Shown in pieces: positions 35,179 to 44,586 of a stretch of 50,953 bases of DNA (position 1 is the first letter of the stretch; each line of letters begins with the position of its first letter). The DNA is from Candidatus Uhrbacteria bacterium (GTDB lineage Bacteria > Patescibacteriota > Patescibacteriia > UBA9934), in NCBI GenBank assembly GCA_943354605.1, contig CALRCK010000006.1, forward strand, positions 1-50,953. Reading direction: 5' to 3'. The notes beneath the pieces are model-generated. The model was not told where the DNA came from, ran no database searches, and was given only the letters and a program-made list of their open reading frames with translations. A program made the translations under genes and the position numbers.

Positions 35179-37161
35179 ATGCGATACGAACACGACCACG
35201 AGAAGGACATTGTCTACTTTGGCCAAACCAATTTCCGCAATCAAATGCGGAGGTTTGGCATTAAAACCGACGACCGTCGTCGCCACATGTACATGGTGGG
35301 AAAGACGGGTATGGGAAAGACGACGCTTCTCGAAAACATGATTCTTGCGGATATTTATGCAGGTCATGGGTGTGCGTACATCGACCCACACGGAGACACG
35401 GTGTCCAAAATTTTGGATTACATCCCATCGTGGCGTATTAACGACGTGGTGTACTTCAATCCAGCAGACGGCGATTTTCCTATCGCGTTCAACATGCTGG
35501 AGAAAACGGAAGGCTGGGAAAACGTGAAGGACTACAACGCGAAAGTGATGTACAGCCTGCTGTCGATTTTCAAAAAAGTGTGGGAGAACGTGTGGAGCGC
35601 CCGCATGGAATATATTCTGCAGTACACCATTCTGGCGTTGCTTGATACTCCGGGCACCACATTGCTTGGTATTAATCGAATGCTCTCGGACAAGGAATAT
35701 CGCACGGAAATCGTCCAGAACGTGAAGGATCCAATGGTTCAGGCCTTTTGGTTAAAGGAATTTGCGCAGTACGACGTGAAGTTCGCGGCAGAGGCTTCTG
35801 CGCCAATTCAAAATAAGGTTGGTCAATTTCTTGCGTCGACCATGATGCGAAATATCGTCGCGCAATCAAAATCGTCGTTCAATTTCCGGGAGGTGATGGA
35901 CGGGCAAAAAATCTTGCTCGTGAACTTATCGAAAGGTCAGATTGGTGAAGACGCCATGCGCATTCTTGGCGGTATGTTGATTACGAAAATCTACATGTCG
36001 GCCATGGAGCGCGTGAACATTCGCGACGAAAATGAACGACAAGATTTTTACTTGTACGTGGACGAATTCCAGAACTTTGCCACTGAATCGTTCGCGGATA
36101 TTCTTTCCGAGGCTCGTAAATATCGGTTGAATCTCATTATCGCTCATCAGTACATTGCGCAGCTCGATAGCATGACATCGACGGCAGTTCGCGATGCAGT
36201 GTTCGGTAACGTTGGAAGTTTGATCACGTTTCGTATTGGTGCAAAAGACGCGGAGTTCATGGAAAGCGAATTCATGCCGCGGTTTACACCGGAAGACCTC
36301 ATCAACCTTCCAAAATATGGCATTTATCTGAAGCTCATGATTGACGGCGTGAGTAGCCAACCGTTTTCCGCAACAACGCTTCCACCAATCGCGCAACGAA
36401 CCGGAAGCGAAGAAAAGGTTATCGAACAATCGCGTGAGCGTTTCGGTGGGAACCGAAAGATGATCGAGGAGCACGTGATGACCTGGAGTGGTTTTGATCC
36501 AAACATTGATGTTGGTGAGGCACTGGCAAAAGTTGCTGCGGAAAAGAAGGAAGCAAAGAAGGCGCGTTTTGCACACGAATACACCTGTGCACGCTGCGGA
36601 AAGCTCTTCACGTTGCCGGTGGAGCTTGATCGGAGTCGCCCAATTTATTGCGACGATTGCCATGCGCTCATGGTAGAGGAGCGAAAGAAAAAAGGTTCAT
36701 CGAAGCCACCACAAGGAAAGCAGTATCCGCCTGAGCCGCCGAAGATATCGGCGAGCGAAATGGTGGTTACTCCAACGCCCGGCGCAACATCGCTCGAATC
36801 CTTGCCGCCACGACCAGATGCTCCAGTTGTTCATCACGCCGAGCTCAAAAACACACCAGACGATGGGCATACGCATAAACTTATTCCTGTTGCTCCTCCC
36901 GCGCCCCGACCGCGGCCTGCGCCATTAGCTCCTCGACCGGTTGCTTCGGCGCCGTCATCACCGATCGCGCCTGTTGCAGAAGGCCAGCCGGCAAAGAAAA
37001 AGCGTCGTCGGAAGAAGAAGTCGTCTGGACTTGGGTCGTCGATCCCGCCGATTCCAGCGGTCGCCGCAAAGCCCGCAAAAGACCCTGTCGCTGCGGCAAT
37101 GTCTGCGGGGCCTGTTCCAACGCCAGTCGCGCCAGGCGAACGCATCAGTTTCGATTCCTAA
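35179..37161 (+). CDS. VirD4/TraD/HerA-like ATPase with CxxC-x17-CxxC zinc finger and Pro/Lys-rich tail
   Basis: RRHMY.VGKTGMGKT, IDPHGD, LYVDEFQNF, SEARKY, AHQY; CARC...CDDC. Confidence 0.85.
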   Translation: MRYEHDHEKDIVYFGQTNFRNQMRRFGIKTDDRRRHMYMVGKTGMGKTTLLENMILADIYAGHGCAYIDPHGDTVSKILDYIPSWRINDVVYFNPADGDFPIAFNMLEKTEGWENVKDYNAKVMYSLLSIFKKVWENVWSARMEYILQYTILALLDTPGTTLLGINRMLSDKEYRTEIVQNVKDPMVQAFWLKEFAQYDVKFAAEASAPIQNKVGQFLASTMMRNIVAQSKSSFNFREVMDGQKILLVNLSKGQIGEDAMRILGGMLITKIYMSAMERVNIRDENERQDFYLYVDEFQNFATESFADILSEARKYRLNLIIAHQYIAQLDSMTSTAVRDAVFGNVGSLITFRIGAKDAEFMESEFMPRFTPEDLINLPKYGIYLKLMIDGVSSQPFSATTLPPIAQRTGSEEKVIEQSRERFGGNRKMIEEHVMTWSGFDPNIDVGEALAKVAAEKKEAKKARFAHEYTCARCGKLFTLPVELDRSRPIYCDDCHALMVEERKKKGSSKPPQGKQYPPEPPKISASEMVVTPTPGATSLESLPPRPDAPVVHHAELKNTPDDGHTHKLIPVAPPAPRPRPAPLAPRPVASAPSSPIAPVAEGQPAKKKRRRKKKSSGLGSSIPPIPAVAAKPAKDPVAAAMSAGPVPTPVAPGERISFDS

Positions 37162-37170
37162 TTGCATTCT

Positions 37171-37944
37171 ATGGCGGTGATTTCTGCGCTCGTGCTTGGG
37201 TTGGTTGAGGGAATCACCGAGTTTTTGCCGGTATCATCGACCGGTCATCTCATTCTCTTCAACGAATGGTTTTCGTTTACGCCAGCGTTCACAAAGACGT
37301 TCGATATCGTTATTCAATTCGGCGCGATCCTCGCGGTGGTTGTGGTTTTTGCAAAACGATTCTGGCCGCTGAACGGATCGAATCTCCAATTGTGGAAGCG
37401 CGTGGTCGTGTCCGTGTTGCCGGCGCTCGTGTTCGGTGCGCTGTTTGGTTCGAAAATTCAAGAGGCATTATTCAATCCAACGGTTGTCGCGATCGCGTTG
37501 ATTATCGGCGGCGTTATCCTTCTGATCGCTGAACGATCGCGCAGGAAAGAATCGATCACAGATGTTGCGAAAATCGGGTACGGAAAGGCTTTCGCTATTG
37601 GCTGTATTCAGTGTTTAGCCTTTATTCCCGGAACGTCCCGATCGGCCGCCACGATCATCGGCACTATGTTCCTCGGTGCTTCGCGAGCGACTGCGGCGGA
37701 ATATTCGTTCTTTCTTGCAGTGCCAACCATTGCTGCGGCATCGGCATTTTCACTGCTGAAGCATCCAGTCGCGCTTGCAGGAAACGATGCGCTCATTCTC
37801 ACAATCGGATTCGTGGTTGCGTTCCTCTCTTCACTTGTCGTGATTCGATTATTCCTCCAATACATTCGCAATAAAACCTTCACGCCATTTGCGTATTATC
37901 GGATCGTGCTCGGCATTGTCATCCTGCTATTCTTTGCTCGATAA
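37171..37944 (+). CDS. uppP: Undecaprenyl-diphosphate phosphatase
   Basis: EGITEFLPVSSTGH, IQFGAILA, PGTSRS. Confidence 0.95.
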   Translation: MAVISALVLGLVEGITEFLPVSSTGHLILFNEWFSFTPAFTKTFDIVIQFGAILAVVVVFAKRFWPLNGSNLQLWKRVVVSVLPALVFGALFGSKIQEALFNPTVVAIALIIGGVILLIAERSRRKESITDVAKIGYGKAFAIGCIQCLAFIPGTSRSAATIIGTMFLGASRATAAEYSFFLAVPTIAAASAFSLLKHPVALAGNDALILTIGFVVAFLSSLVVIRLFLQYIRNKTFTPFAYYRIVLGIVILLFFAR

Positions 37945-37970
37945 CGCATTTTCGAGTACCGTAAGCGCGT

Positions 37971-38831
37971 ATGTCTACCCCCGTTGTTCGCGAATCTGCA
38001 GTCTGGAGCGATATTGCGCTGCTCGATTCTGGAAATTTTGAAAAGTGCGAGCGCTACGGCGATATTGTCATGATTCGTCCAGAACCACAGGCGTTGTGGG
38101 ACGTTGGGAATCCTTCGGGTTGGCAATCTGCGCATTTGGCGTATAAGCGACAGGGCCGTGAAGGGGAATGGACCACACACAAGCCGGTTCCAGAATCGTG
38201 GAATGTTTCATGGGAAAATCTGACGTTCCGTATTCGTCCAACGTCGTTTAAGCATACGGGGCTTTTTCCTGAACAGGCGAGTAATTGGAAGTGGATTCGG
38301 GAGAATGTGAAATCGGGAATGACGGTGCTCAACCTTTTCGGTTACACCGGTGGCGCAACATTGGCTGCGGCGAGTGTTGGAGCCGATGTGACGCATTGCG
38401 ATGCGAGTAAGCCGGTGGTGACGTGGGGCAAAGAGAACGCGGAGCTTTCCGGGCTCGGCGATGCTCCGATTCGATGGATCGTCGACGATGTGCAAAAGTT
38501 TGTCTCGCGTGAAATTCGTCGGGGGAACACCTACGACGTGATCATGCTTGATCCTCCGGCATTCGGTCGTGGGCCAGAGGGGGAATTGTGGCAGTTTGAA
38601 GAGCACCTCCCGGTACTGCTCGCCGACTGTGCGAAGCTGTTGAAACCAGAATCTGGAGCACTGGTATTGAATGCATATTCTCTGGGATTCCCGGCGCTGG
38701 CTCTCGAGAACCTTGTTCGAACGACGATGCCGTTTGTGAAAATAATCGCAGCGGTGGAACTCACACTCAAAGAAGAATCTCCCCGCGCATTCGAATTGCC
38801 AACCGGCATCGTGATTCGTGCAACGTGGTAG
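37971..38831 (+). CDS. Class I SAM-dependent methyltransferase (RlmI-like)
   Basis: FKHTGLFPEQ, LNLFGYTGG, LDPPAFG. Confidence 0.85.
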   Translation: MSTPVVRESAVWSDIALLDSGNFEKCERYGDIVMIRPEPQALWDVGNPSGWQSAHLAYKRQGREGEWTTHKPVPESWNVSWENLTFRIRPTSFKHTGLFPEQASNWKWIRENVKSGMTVLNLFGYTGGATLAAASVGADVTHCDASKPVVTWGKENAELSGLGDAPIRWIVDDVQKFVSREIRRGNTYDVIMLDPPAFGRGPEGELWQFEEHLPVLLADCAKLLKPESGALVLNAYSLGFPALALENLVRTTMPFVKIIAAVELTLKEESPRAFELPTGIVIRATW

Positions 38832-38886
38832 TCGATGTTGATAATCGATGGCTTGGATTTGATTGCTTTGATACGATGAACTGACT

Positions 38887-39267
38887 ATGACTGACGAAGA
38901 AAAAAATCAGCTTGGTGCCGTCCTCGAAATCGTGCAATCCATGCAAAAAATCATGGCCACGAAGGACGATCTGAAGAGCTTCGCCACGAAGGACGATCTG
39001 AAGAGCTTCGCCACGAAGGACGATCTGAAGAGCTTCGCCACGAAGGACGATGTCGCTGCTATTCTTGAGGATATTGAGTTTATTAAGGATTCAATGGCGA
39101 CTAAGGAGGATCTTGCTGCTGTAAAATCTGAACTCATTACGCATATCGATGGTTTTGCGCAGCAGAATCAGAAATTTGACCATGAACTTGTTGCTGCACG
39201 GTCGCAATGCAACCGTATTGAGGAACGCGTGGAGGTTTTAGAATTGAAGGCGGGAATCGGGGCGTAA
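38887..39267 (+). CDS. Small coiled-coil protein with ATKDDLKSF repeats
   Basis: 126 aa; 9-aa tandem repeats; heptad pattern. Confidence 0.7.
   Translation: MTDEEKNQLGAVLEIVQSMQKIMATKDDLKSFATKDDLKSFATKDDLKSFATKDDVAAILEDIEFIKDSMATKEDLAAVKSELITHIDGFAQQNQKFDHELVAARSQCNRIEERVEVLELKAGIGA
38956..39051 (+). repeat. Perfect 27-bp tandem repeat (3 units plus 15 bp)
   Basis: GCCACGAAGGACGATCTGAAGAGCTTC x3 plus GCCACGAAGGACGAT. Confidence 0.95.
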
Positions 39268-39269
39268 AT

Positions 39270-39842
39270 ATGAACGACATTGTCTTGGACATCGAAACAC
39301 AGAACACGTTCGAGGAGGTTGGGGGATATTTCACTGATAAATTGAAGGTCTCGATCGTTGTTGCGTATTACTACGCAACCGATACGTACGAATCATATTT
39401 AGAGCACGAGCTTCCGCTCATGTTTAAGAAGCTCGAAACCGGCGGGAGAATCATTGGGTACAACTCCATTGGGTTTGACATGCCCGTGTTGAATAATTAT
39501 TACGCTGGTGACCTTCTACAATTGCCGCAACTCGATATTCTGAAAGAGATTGAGAAGTCTCTTGGCTACCGCATTAAGCTCGACGATGTTGCCGCGGCAA
39601 CGATCGGTGCCCGAAAATCAAGCCATGGATTGCAAGCCGTTGCTTGGTGGAAAGAGGGGAAAATCGATGAAATTCGGGAGTATTGTCAGCAGGACGTGAA
39701 GGTAACAAAAGAGGTGTACGAATTTGGCCTGAAAAATGGCTATGTGCTGTTCGATGACCGGTCTGGAGAGCGTCGATTGATCCCAGTGAATTTCACCCCA
39801 GTTCCCGAAAAGACCGTCGTGAATTTGACGATGGGTTTCTAG
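39270..39842 (+). CDS. RNase H-like / DnaQ-type 3'-5' exonuclease domain protein (YprB-like)
   Basis: LDIET (Exo I), GYN..GFD (Exo II), YC.QDV (Exo III). Confidence 0.82.
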   Translation: MNDIVLDIETQNTFEEVGGYFTDKLKVSIVVAYYYATDTYESYLEHELPLMFKKLETGGRIIGYNSIGFDMPVLNNYYAGDLLQLPQLDILKEIEKSLGYRIKLDDVAAATIGARKSSHGLQAVAWWKEGKIDEIREYCQQDVKVTKEVYEFGLKNGYVLFDDRSGERRLIPVNFTPVPEKTVVNLTMGF

Positions 39843-39975
39843 GGACTTATCCCCGTGGATATGTTCTCTTGACCGCGCCTTGGAACACTCCAGGGCGTGT
39901 TTTTTCTTGATTTTTTTTGGGTGAAAAATCCGCAACGGCGTTATCCACTTTTTTGGTGGACCGTCGAACTGCAGA

Positions 39976-40023
39976 CCACTAGATGTAGTGCTATACTCGC
40001 CAATGCACCACAAGCGATTGTGT
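39976..40023 (+). promoter_or_regulatory. Tandem NrdR boxes
   Basis: CCACTAGATGTAGTGC (39976-39991) and CCACAAGCGATTGTGT (40008-40023), 32 bp apart, flanking a TATACT -10 upstream of nrdJ. Confidence 0.82.
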
Positions 40024-40129
40024 TGCGTCGTCGATAGGAGGAATCCACCCAGATTCTTCTTCTGGGATTTTTTTATCCCAAATGTGATCAACGTCGTCAT
40101 TTATTTATTCCGCTAGACCTCGAAGATGT

Positions 40130-43100
40130 ATGTCCGCAGCAATTGTGAAGGAGGGCACAGTACAAACACGCGAAGCTGATGTCACGTCCGCCGTGTATGG
40201 CTACATGACGTCGGTGAAGGAGGTGGTGAAGCGCGACGGAACGCATGAGGTGTTTTCTTCGGAGAAGCTTGAGCGATCGGTGATCCAAACGTTGCTCGCT
40301 GCGGGGTTGAAAGAAAAAGATCTTCCACGCTACGTGAATCGCATCACCGGAAATATCCTTTCTCGCATTCAACGCCGTTTTGATGGTCACACCACGCCAA
40401 CATCCAGCATTATTCGGGAGATGGTTGCTGTTGCGCTGATCGACAATAACCTTGTCCATGTTGCTCGCGTGTTTTTGTCCTACCGAAAATCCGATGTCGC
40501 TCTTGCTGCGGAGCAGTACGGAAAGGGTATTTCCATGGATCGCTATTTCACCAAGGAAGGTGTTCATCCGTACGATTTGCTCACCTGGGAGAAGCGCACG
40601 GCGAGCATTACGAACGAAAAGGGTGCCGTGGTTTTTGAGCAGAAGGACATTGAGGTTCCAAGCACCTGGAGCCAAACATCGGTGAACATCGTTGCGCAGA
40701 AGTATTTCCGCGGAAAAGTCGGCACACCAGAGCGCGAAACGTCAATGAAGCAGCTCATGAGCCGTGTTGCGGTGACGATGGCGAACTGGGGCCGAAAGGA
40801 TGGCTATTTTGCAACCAAGAAAGACGCGCAGGTGTTTGAAGACGAATTGACTTGGATTTTGGTGAACCAAATGGCGGCATTTAACTCGCCAGTGTGGTTC
40901 AACGTTGGCATCAATCCACACCCACAGTGCTCGGCATGTTTCATTAATAGCGTTGAGGACGACATGCGTTCAATTCTTCACCTGACGGCTACCGAAAGCA
41001 TGTTGTTCAAGCAGGGTTCGGGAACCGGATCAAACCTTTCCAATCTCCGATCGTCCCAGGAATACCTTGGTGGAAGCAACGGCCGATCATCGGGTCCGGT
41101 GAGTTTCATGAAGGGCTTGGACTCCTTCGCGGGCATTGTGAAGTCTGGCGGAAAGACGCGCCGCGCCGCGAAGATGGTTATTCTGAACGTTGGTCACCCA
41201 GACATCATGACGTTCATCGAATGTAAGGCAAAGGAAGAGCGCAAGGCATGGACGTTGGTGGATGCTGGGTACGACAGCGGCATGGATGGTGAAGCATACG
41301 GATCCATCTACTTCCAGAACGCCAACAACTCGGTGCGTGTGACCGACGACTTTATGCGTGCGGTGGAAATGGATGGCGAGTGGGTGACGCACGAAGTAAC
41401 GACCGGCAAGCCATCCTTGACGTACAAGGCGCGAGACGTGATGCGCAGCATGGCGGAGTGCGCGTGGCAGTGCGGTGACCCTGGCATTCAGTACGATACA
41501 ACCTCGAATCGTTGGCACACGTCAAAGAACACGGGCCGAATCAATGCAAGCAACCCATGTTCGGAATACATGTTCTTGGACGACACCGCGTGTAACTTGT
41601 CGTCACTGAACTTGATGAAGTTCCGCAAGGAAGTGAATGGCGTCATGGAGTTTGATGTGCAGTCGTTCATTCGCGCAGCAAAGGTGATGATTACCGCCAT
41701 GGAAATCACCGTCGGCAACTCGAGCTACCCAACACCATCCATTGAACAGAACAGCCACGATTTCCGTCCACTCGGAATTGGCTTTGCAAACCTTGGTGCA
41801 CTCTTGATGAGCCGCGGCGTTGCGTACGACTCTGACGAAGGCCGAAACATTGCCGGCGGAATTATGTCGTTGCTTTCTGGCTGTACGTACGAACAGAGCG
41901 CGCATATTGCGGAGAAGATTGGCGCGTTCGCTGGATTCGAATTGAACAAGGAGCCATGTATGGAAGTGATGCGCATGCATCGCGACGCAACATATGCAAT
42001 GAACCTTGAATCGTTGCCAGCCGACATTGCTGCTGCCGCAAAGGCATCGTGGGACAAGGTTGTTGAGGAAGGCGAAAAACACGGTTTGCGTAATGCGCAG
42101 ATTTCCGTACTTGCTCCAACAGGAACCATCGCGTTCTTGATGGACTGCGACACCACGGGAATTGAACCAGACATCGCGATCGTCAAATATAAGTGGTTGG
42201 TTGGTGGTGGAATGCTCAAAATGGTGAACCAGACCGTTCCAGAAGCATTGACGCGCTTGGGCTACAGCGCGGATGAGCGCAAGGCGATCCTCGAATTTAT
42301 CGACAAGCAGGATACCATCGAAGGCGCACCATTCGTGAAGCCAGAACATCTTTCCGTCTTCGACTGTGCGTTTAAGGCAAAGAATGGCGTGCGGTCGATT
42401 CACTACATGGGTCACCTTCGTATGATGGCCGCAGTGCAGCCGTTTATTTCTGGTGCCATCAGCAAAACGGTGAACATGCCAAACGAGGCAACGGTTGAGG
42501 AAATCGAAAAAGTGTACATGGAAGGTTGGAAGATGGGGTTGAAAGCGATCGCCATTTACCGCGACGGCAGCAAGCGTCAGCAAGCACTCACCACCAGCAA
42601 GGAAAAGGATTCGGGAAAGATGAATGCGGATATTAAGACGGCTGCGGCTGCAACGGCTGCTGCGGAGTCGGTGCCAACCGTGAAGGTTGCGCCAATCGCG
42701 GAGAATGGTAATGCACCACGTCGTCGCCGCTTGCCAGATGAACGTCGTGCAATCAACCACAAGTTCTTGGTTGGCGGACACAAGGGCTTCATCACCGTCG
42801 GCTTGTACGACGACGGCACGCCAGGCGAGATGTTCATTACCATGGCGAAGGAAGGATCGGTCATCAGTGGTTTGATGGATGCGTTCGCAACGTCAGTTTC
42901 TATCGGCTTGCAGTACGGCGTGCCAATCCAGGTCCTCGTAAACAAGTTCGTGCACATGCGGTTTGAGCCATCCGGATTCACGAACAACCCAAACATCCGC
43001 ATTGCGAAATCGATCGTCGATTACATCTTCCGCTGGATGGCGCTCAAGTTCCTTTCGCCACAAGAACAGATTGCTGTTGGTATCAACGTGGTCCCAGCAA

Positions 43101-43366
43101 TCGGCGATTCCGTTGTTGCCGATCGTGCTGTCGACCCTGCTGTAGCTCCAGCGCAAGCCACGGAACTCCAGCCAACCATCTTCGCCACGGCATCCGAGGC
43201 AAATCCAATGATGACTCCTGGCACAGCGCCACAGAAAACAGGTCTCACGTCCACCTTCAACAACACTGCTGACGCCCCAGCCTGCGACACCTGCGGCAAC
43301 ATCATGGTGCGCAACGCAGCCTGCTACAAGTGCCTGAACTGCGGCAGCACAAGCGGATGCTCCTGA
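40130..43366 (+). CDS. nrdJ: Class II (adenosylcobalamin-dependent) ribonucleotide reductase with N-terminal ATP-cone
   Basis: VVKRDG ATP-cone, FNSPVWFN, QCSACF, RRAAKM, SNPCSEY, APTGTI, C-terminal TSCPD-like domain and Cys-rich ribbon. Confidence 0.95.
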   Translation: MSAAIVKEGTVQTREADVTSAVYGYMTSVKEVVKRDGTHEVFSSEKLERSVIQTLLAAGLKEKDLPRYVNRITGNILSRIQRRFDGHTTPTSSIIREMVAVALIDNNLVHVARVFLSYRKSDVALAAEQYGKGISMDRYFTKEGVHPYDLLTWEKRTASITNEKGAVVFEQKDIEVPSTWSQTSVNIVAQKYFRGKVGTPERETSMKQLMSRVAVTMANWGRKDGYFATKKDAQVFEDELTWILVNQMAAFNSPVWFNVGINPHPQCSACFINSVEDDMRSILHLTATESMLFKQGSGTGSNLSNLRSSQEYLGGSNGRSSGPVSFMKGLDSFAGIVKSGGKTRRAAKMVILNVGHPDIMTFIECKAKEERKAWTLVDAGYDSGMDGEAYGSIYFQNANNSVRVTDDFMRAVEMDGEWVTHEVTTGKPSLTYKARDVMRSMAECAWQCGDPGIQYDTTSNRWHTSKNTGRINASNPCSEYMFLDDTACNLSSLNLMKFRKEVNGVMEFDVQSFIRAAKVMITAMEITVGNSSYPTPSIEQNSHDFRPLGIGFANLGALLMSRGVAYDSDEGRNIAGGIMSLLSGCTYEQSAHIAEKIGAFAGFELNKEPCMEVMRMHRDATYAMNLESLPADIAAAAKASWDKVVEEGEKHGLRNAQISVLAPTGTIAFLMDCDTTGIEPDIAIVKYKWLVGGGMLKMVNQTVPEALTRLGYSADERKAILEFIDKQDTIEGAPFVKPEHLSVFDCAFKAKNGVRSIHYMGHLRMMAAVQPFISGAISKTVNMPNEATVEEIEKVYMEGWKMGLKAIAIYRDGSKRQQALTTSKEKDSGKMNADIKTAAAATAAAESVPTVKVAPIAENGNAPRRRRLPDERRAINHKFLVGGHKGFITVGLYDDGTPGEMFITMAKEGSVISGLMDAFATSVSIGLQYGVPIQVLVNKFVHMRFEPSGFTNNPNIRIAKSIVDYIFRWMALKFLSPQEQIAVGINVVPAIGDSVVADRAVDPAVAPAQATELQPTIFATASEANPMMTPGTAPQKTGLTSTFNNTADAPACDTCGNIMVRNAACYKCLNCGSTSGCS

Positions 43367-43380
43367 AGAATGTTCAAGAA

Positions 43381-43411
43381 CATAGGTCCTATTGGACCAA
43401 TAGGACCTATG
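43381..43411. repeat. Perfect 31-bp palindrome built from 9-bp periodic units
   Basis: CATAGGTCCTATTGG-A-CCAATAGGACCTATG, ending on the cobO ATG. Confidence 0.85.
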
Positions 43412-43996
43412 ACTCAATTTGAAAAACCCATTCTCGACGAACGCATTAAGGGCCGACAAGGTTACGGGCTGATTCAGCTCATTCATGGCCATGGAAAAGG
43501 GAAGACGACGGCGGCGTTGGGGCAGGCGGTGCGGTGTGCGGGGGCGGGGAAGAGGGTGTTGATTGTGTATTTTGATAAAGGTGGAACGTCGCATTACAGC
43601 GAGCGGTGCATTATCGACCAGATTGAGGGAATCGATTATGTCGCCACTGGGCGAGATCGGATCGACCCTGTCACGAACCGGTTCGACTTTTCAATTACGG
43701 ATGAGGACCGAACAGAGGCCGCGAAGGGAATCGAAGTGGCGAAGGCGGCGATGATGTCGGGGGAGTACGATCTGGTGATTCTCGATGAGATTAATTCCAC
43801 GCAGAACCTTGGGATGCTTTCGGTTGAATCGGTGATCGATGCGCTGCGATCGAAGGGGGAGAATGTTGAGGTGATTCTCACGGGAAGAAACCCTGCGCAA
43901 GAGTTCCTCGACGCCGCACATCTCGTCACGGAAATGCAATTACAAAGGCATTATTTCTATTCTGGTGTTCAGGCTCGGGAGGGGCTGGACTTCTAA
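43409..43996 (+). CDS. cobO: Cob(I)alamin adenosyltransferase (CobO/BtuR)
   Basis: G.GKGKTTAALG.A.R..G.G, YDLVILDEI, VILTGR, ADLVTEM-like AHLVTEM, AREGLDF. Confidence 0.92.
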   Translation: MTQFEKPILDERIKGRQGYGLIQLIHGHGKGKTTAALGQAVRCAGAGKRVLIVYFDKGGTSHYSERCIIDQIEGIDYVATGRDRIDPVTNRFDFSITDEDRTEAAKGIEVAKAAMMSGEYDLVILDEINSTQNLGMLSVESVIDALRSKGENVEVILTGRNPAQEFLDAAHLVTEMQLQRHYFYSGVQAREGLDF

Positions 43997-44113
43997 CTGG
44001 TCGAAAATCCCATTCTCCTGTATGTTCTTTTTCTGTTGTGGATACGTACTCCCTCGGATTCTTCCGAGCCGGGTATACTGATCCCGAACATTGTTGTTCT
44101 CATCAAATTTTCT

Positions 44114-44542
44114 ATGATTATTGCCGAGATTATTTCAGCGCTTCAAAACGGGACCGATATTGTTGTTCGCGATAAAACCTTTCATCCTCGTTCGGTCGAA
44201 ACCGTTATTCTCGATTCCGGCGAGAATGTGTTTTGGGCTTACGGCGATGCTGGCATCTGGCTTTCGGTGGATCCAGGCGGAGAGGAGATTATGCAATTTG
44301 AGGATATTGATGAGGAGCTTGAGCCCGAAGACGACGTGGTGGTGTACGGCGGAAACGACTTTGAGTTCTCGTATGAGGGCTCTGCAACATTGAAGGATGA
44401 CGAAACTGCGGCGATGTACACCTTCCGCGAGTTTGAAAGCGCCGACGGCCGGCGTATTCGCCTCACAACCGACGAGGGGAACGGCGATACCACTGTGTCT
44501 TCCGGATCCGTGGTGACCGAGGAAGAAATTCAAGAAGCATAA
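44114..44542 (+). CDS. Acidic hypothetical protein
   Basis: 142-aa ORF followed by a terminator. Confidence 0.6.
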   Translation: MIIAEIISALQNGTDIVVRDKTFHPRSVETVILDSGENVFWAYGDAGIWLSVDPGGEEIMQFEDIDEELEPEDDVVVYGGNDFEFSYEGSATLKDDETAAMYTFREFESADGRRIRLTTDEGNGDTTVSSGSVVTEEEIQEA

Positions 44543-44549
44543 ACAGAAA

Positions 44550-44573
44550 CGGACGCTTCGGCGTCCTTTTTTG
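44550..44573 (+). terminator. Intrinsic terminator
   Basis: GGACGC-TTCG-GCGTCC-TTTTTT. Confidence 0.85.
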
Positions 44574-44586
44574 TTATACTTCCCGT

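Noticed and set aside
40130-43366. Intein or intron in nrdJ
   Set aside because: Length is explained by the ATP-cone and C-terminal domains; no splicing or LAGLIDADG motifs seen
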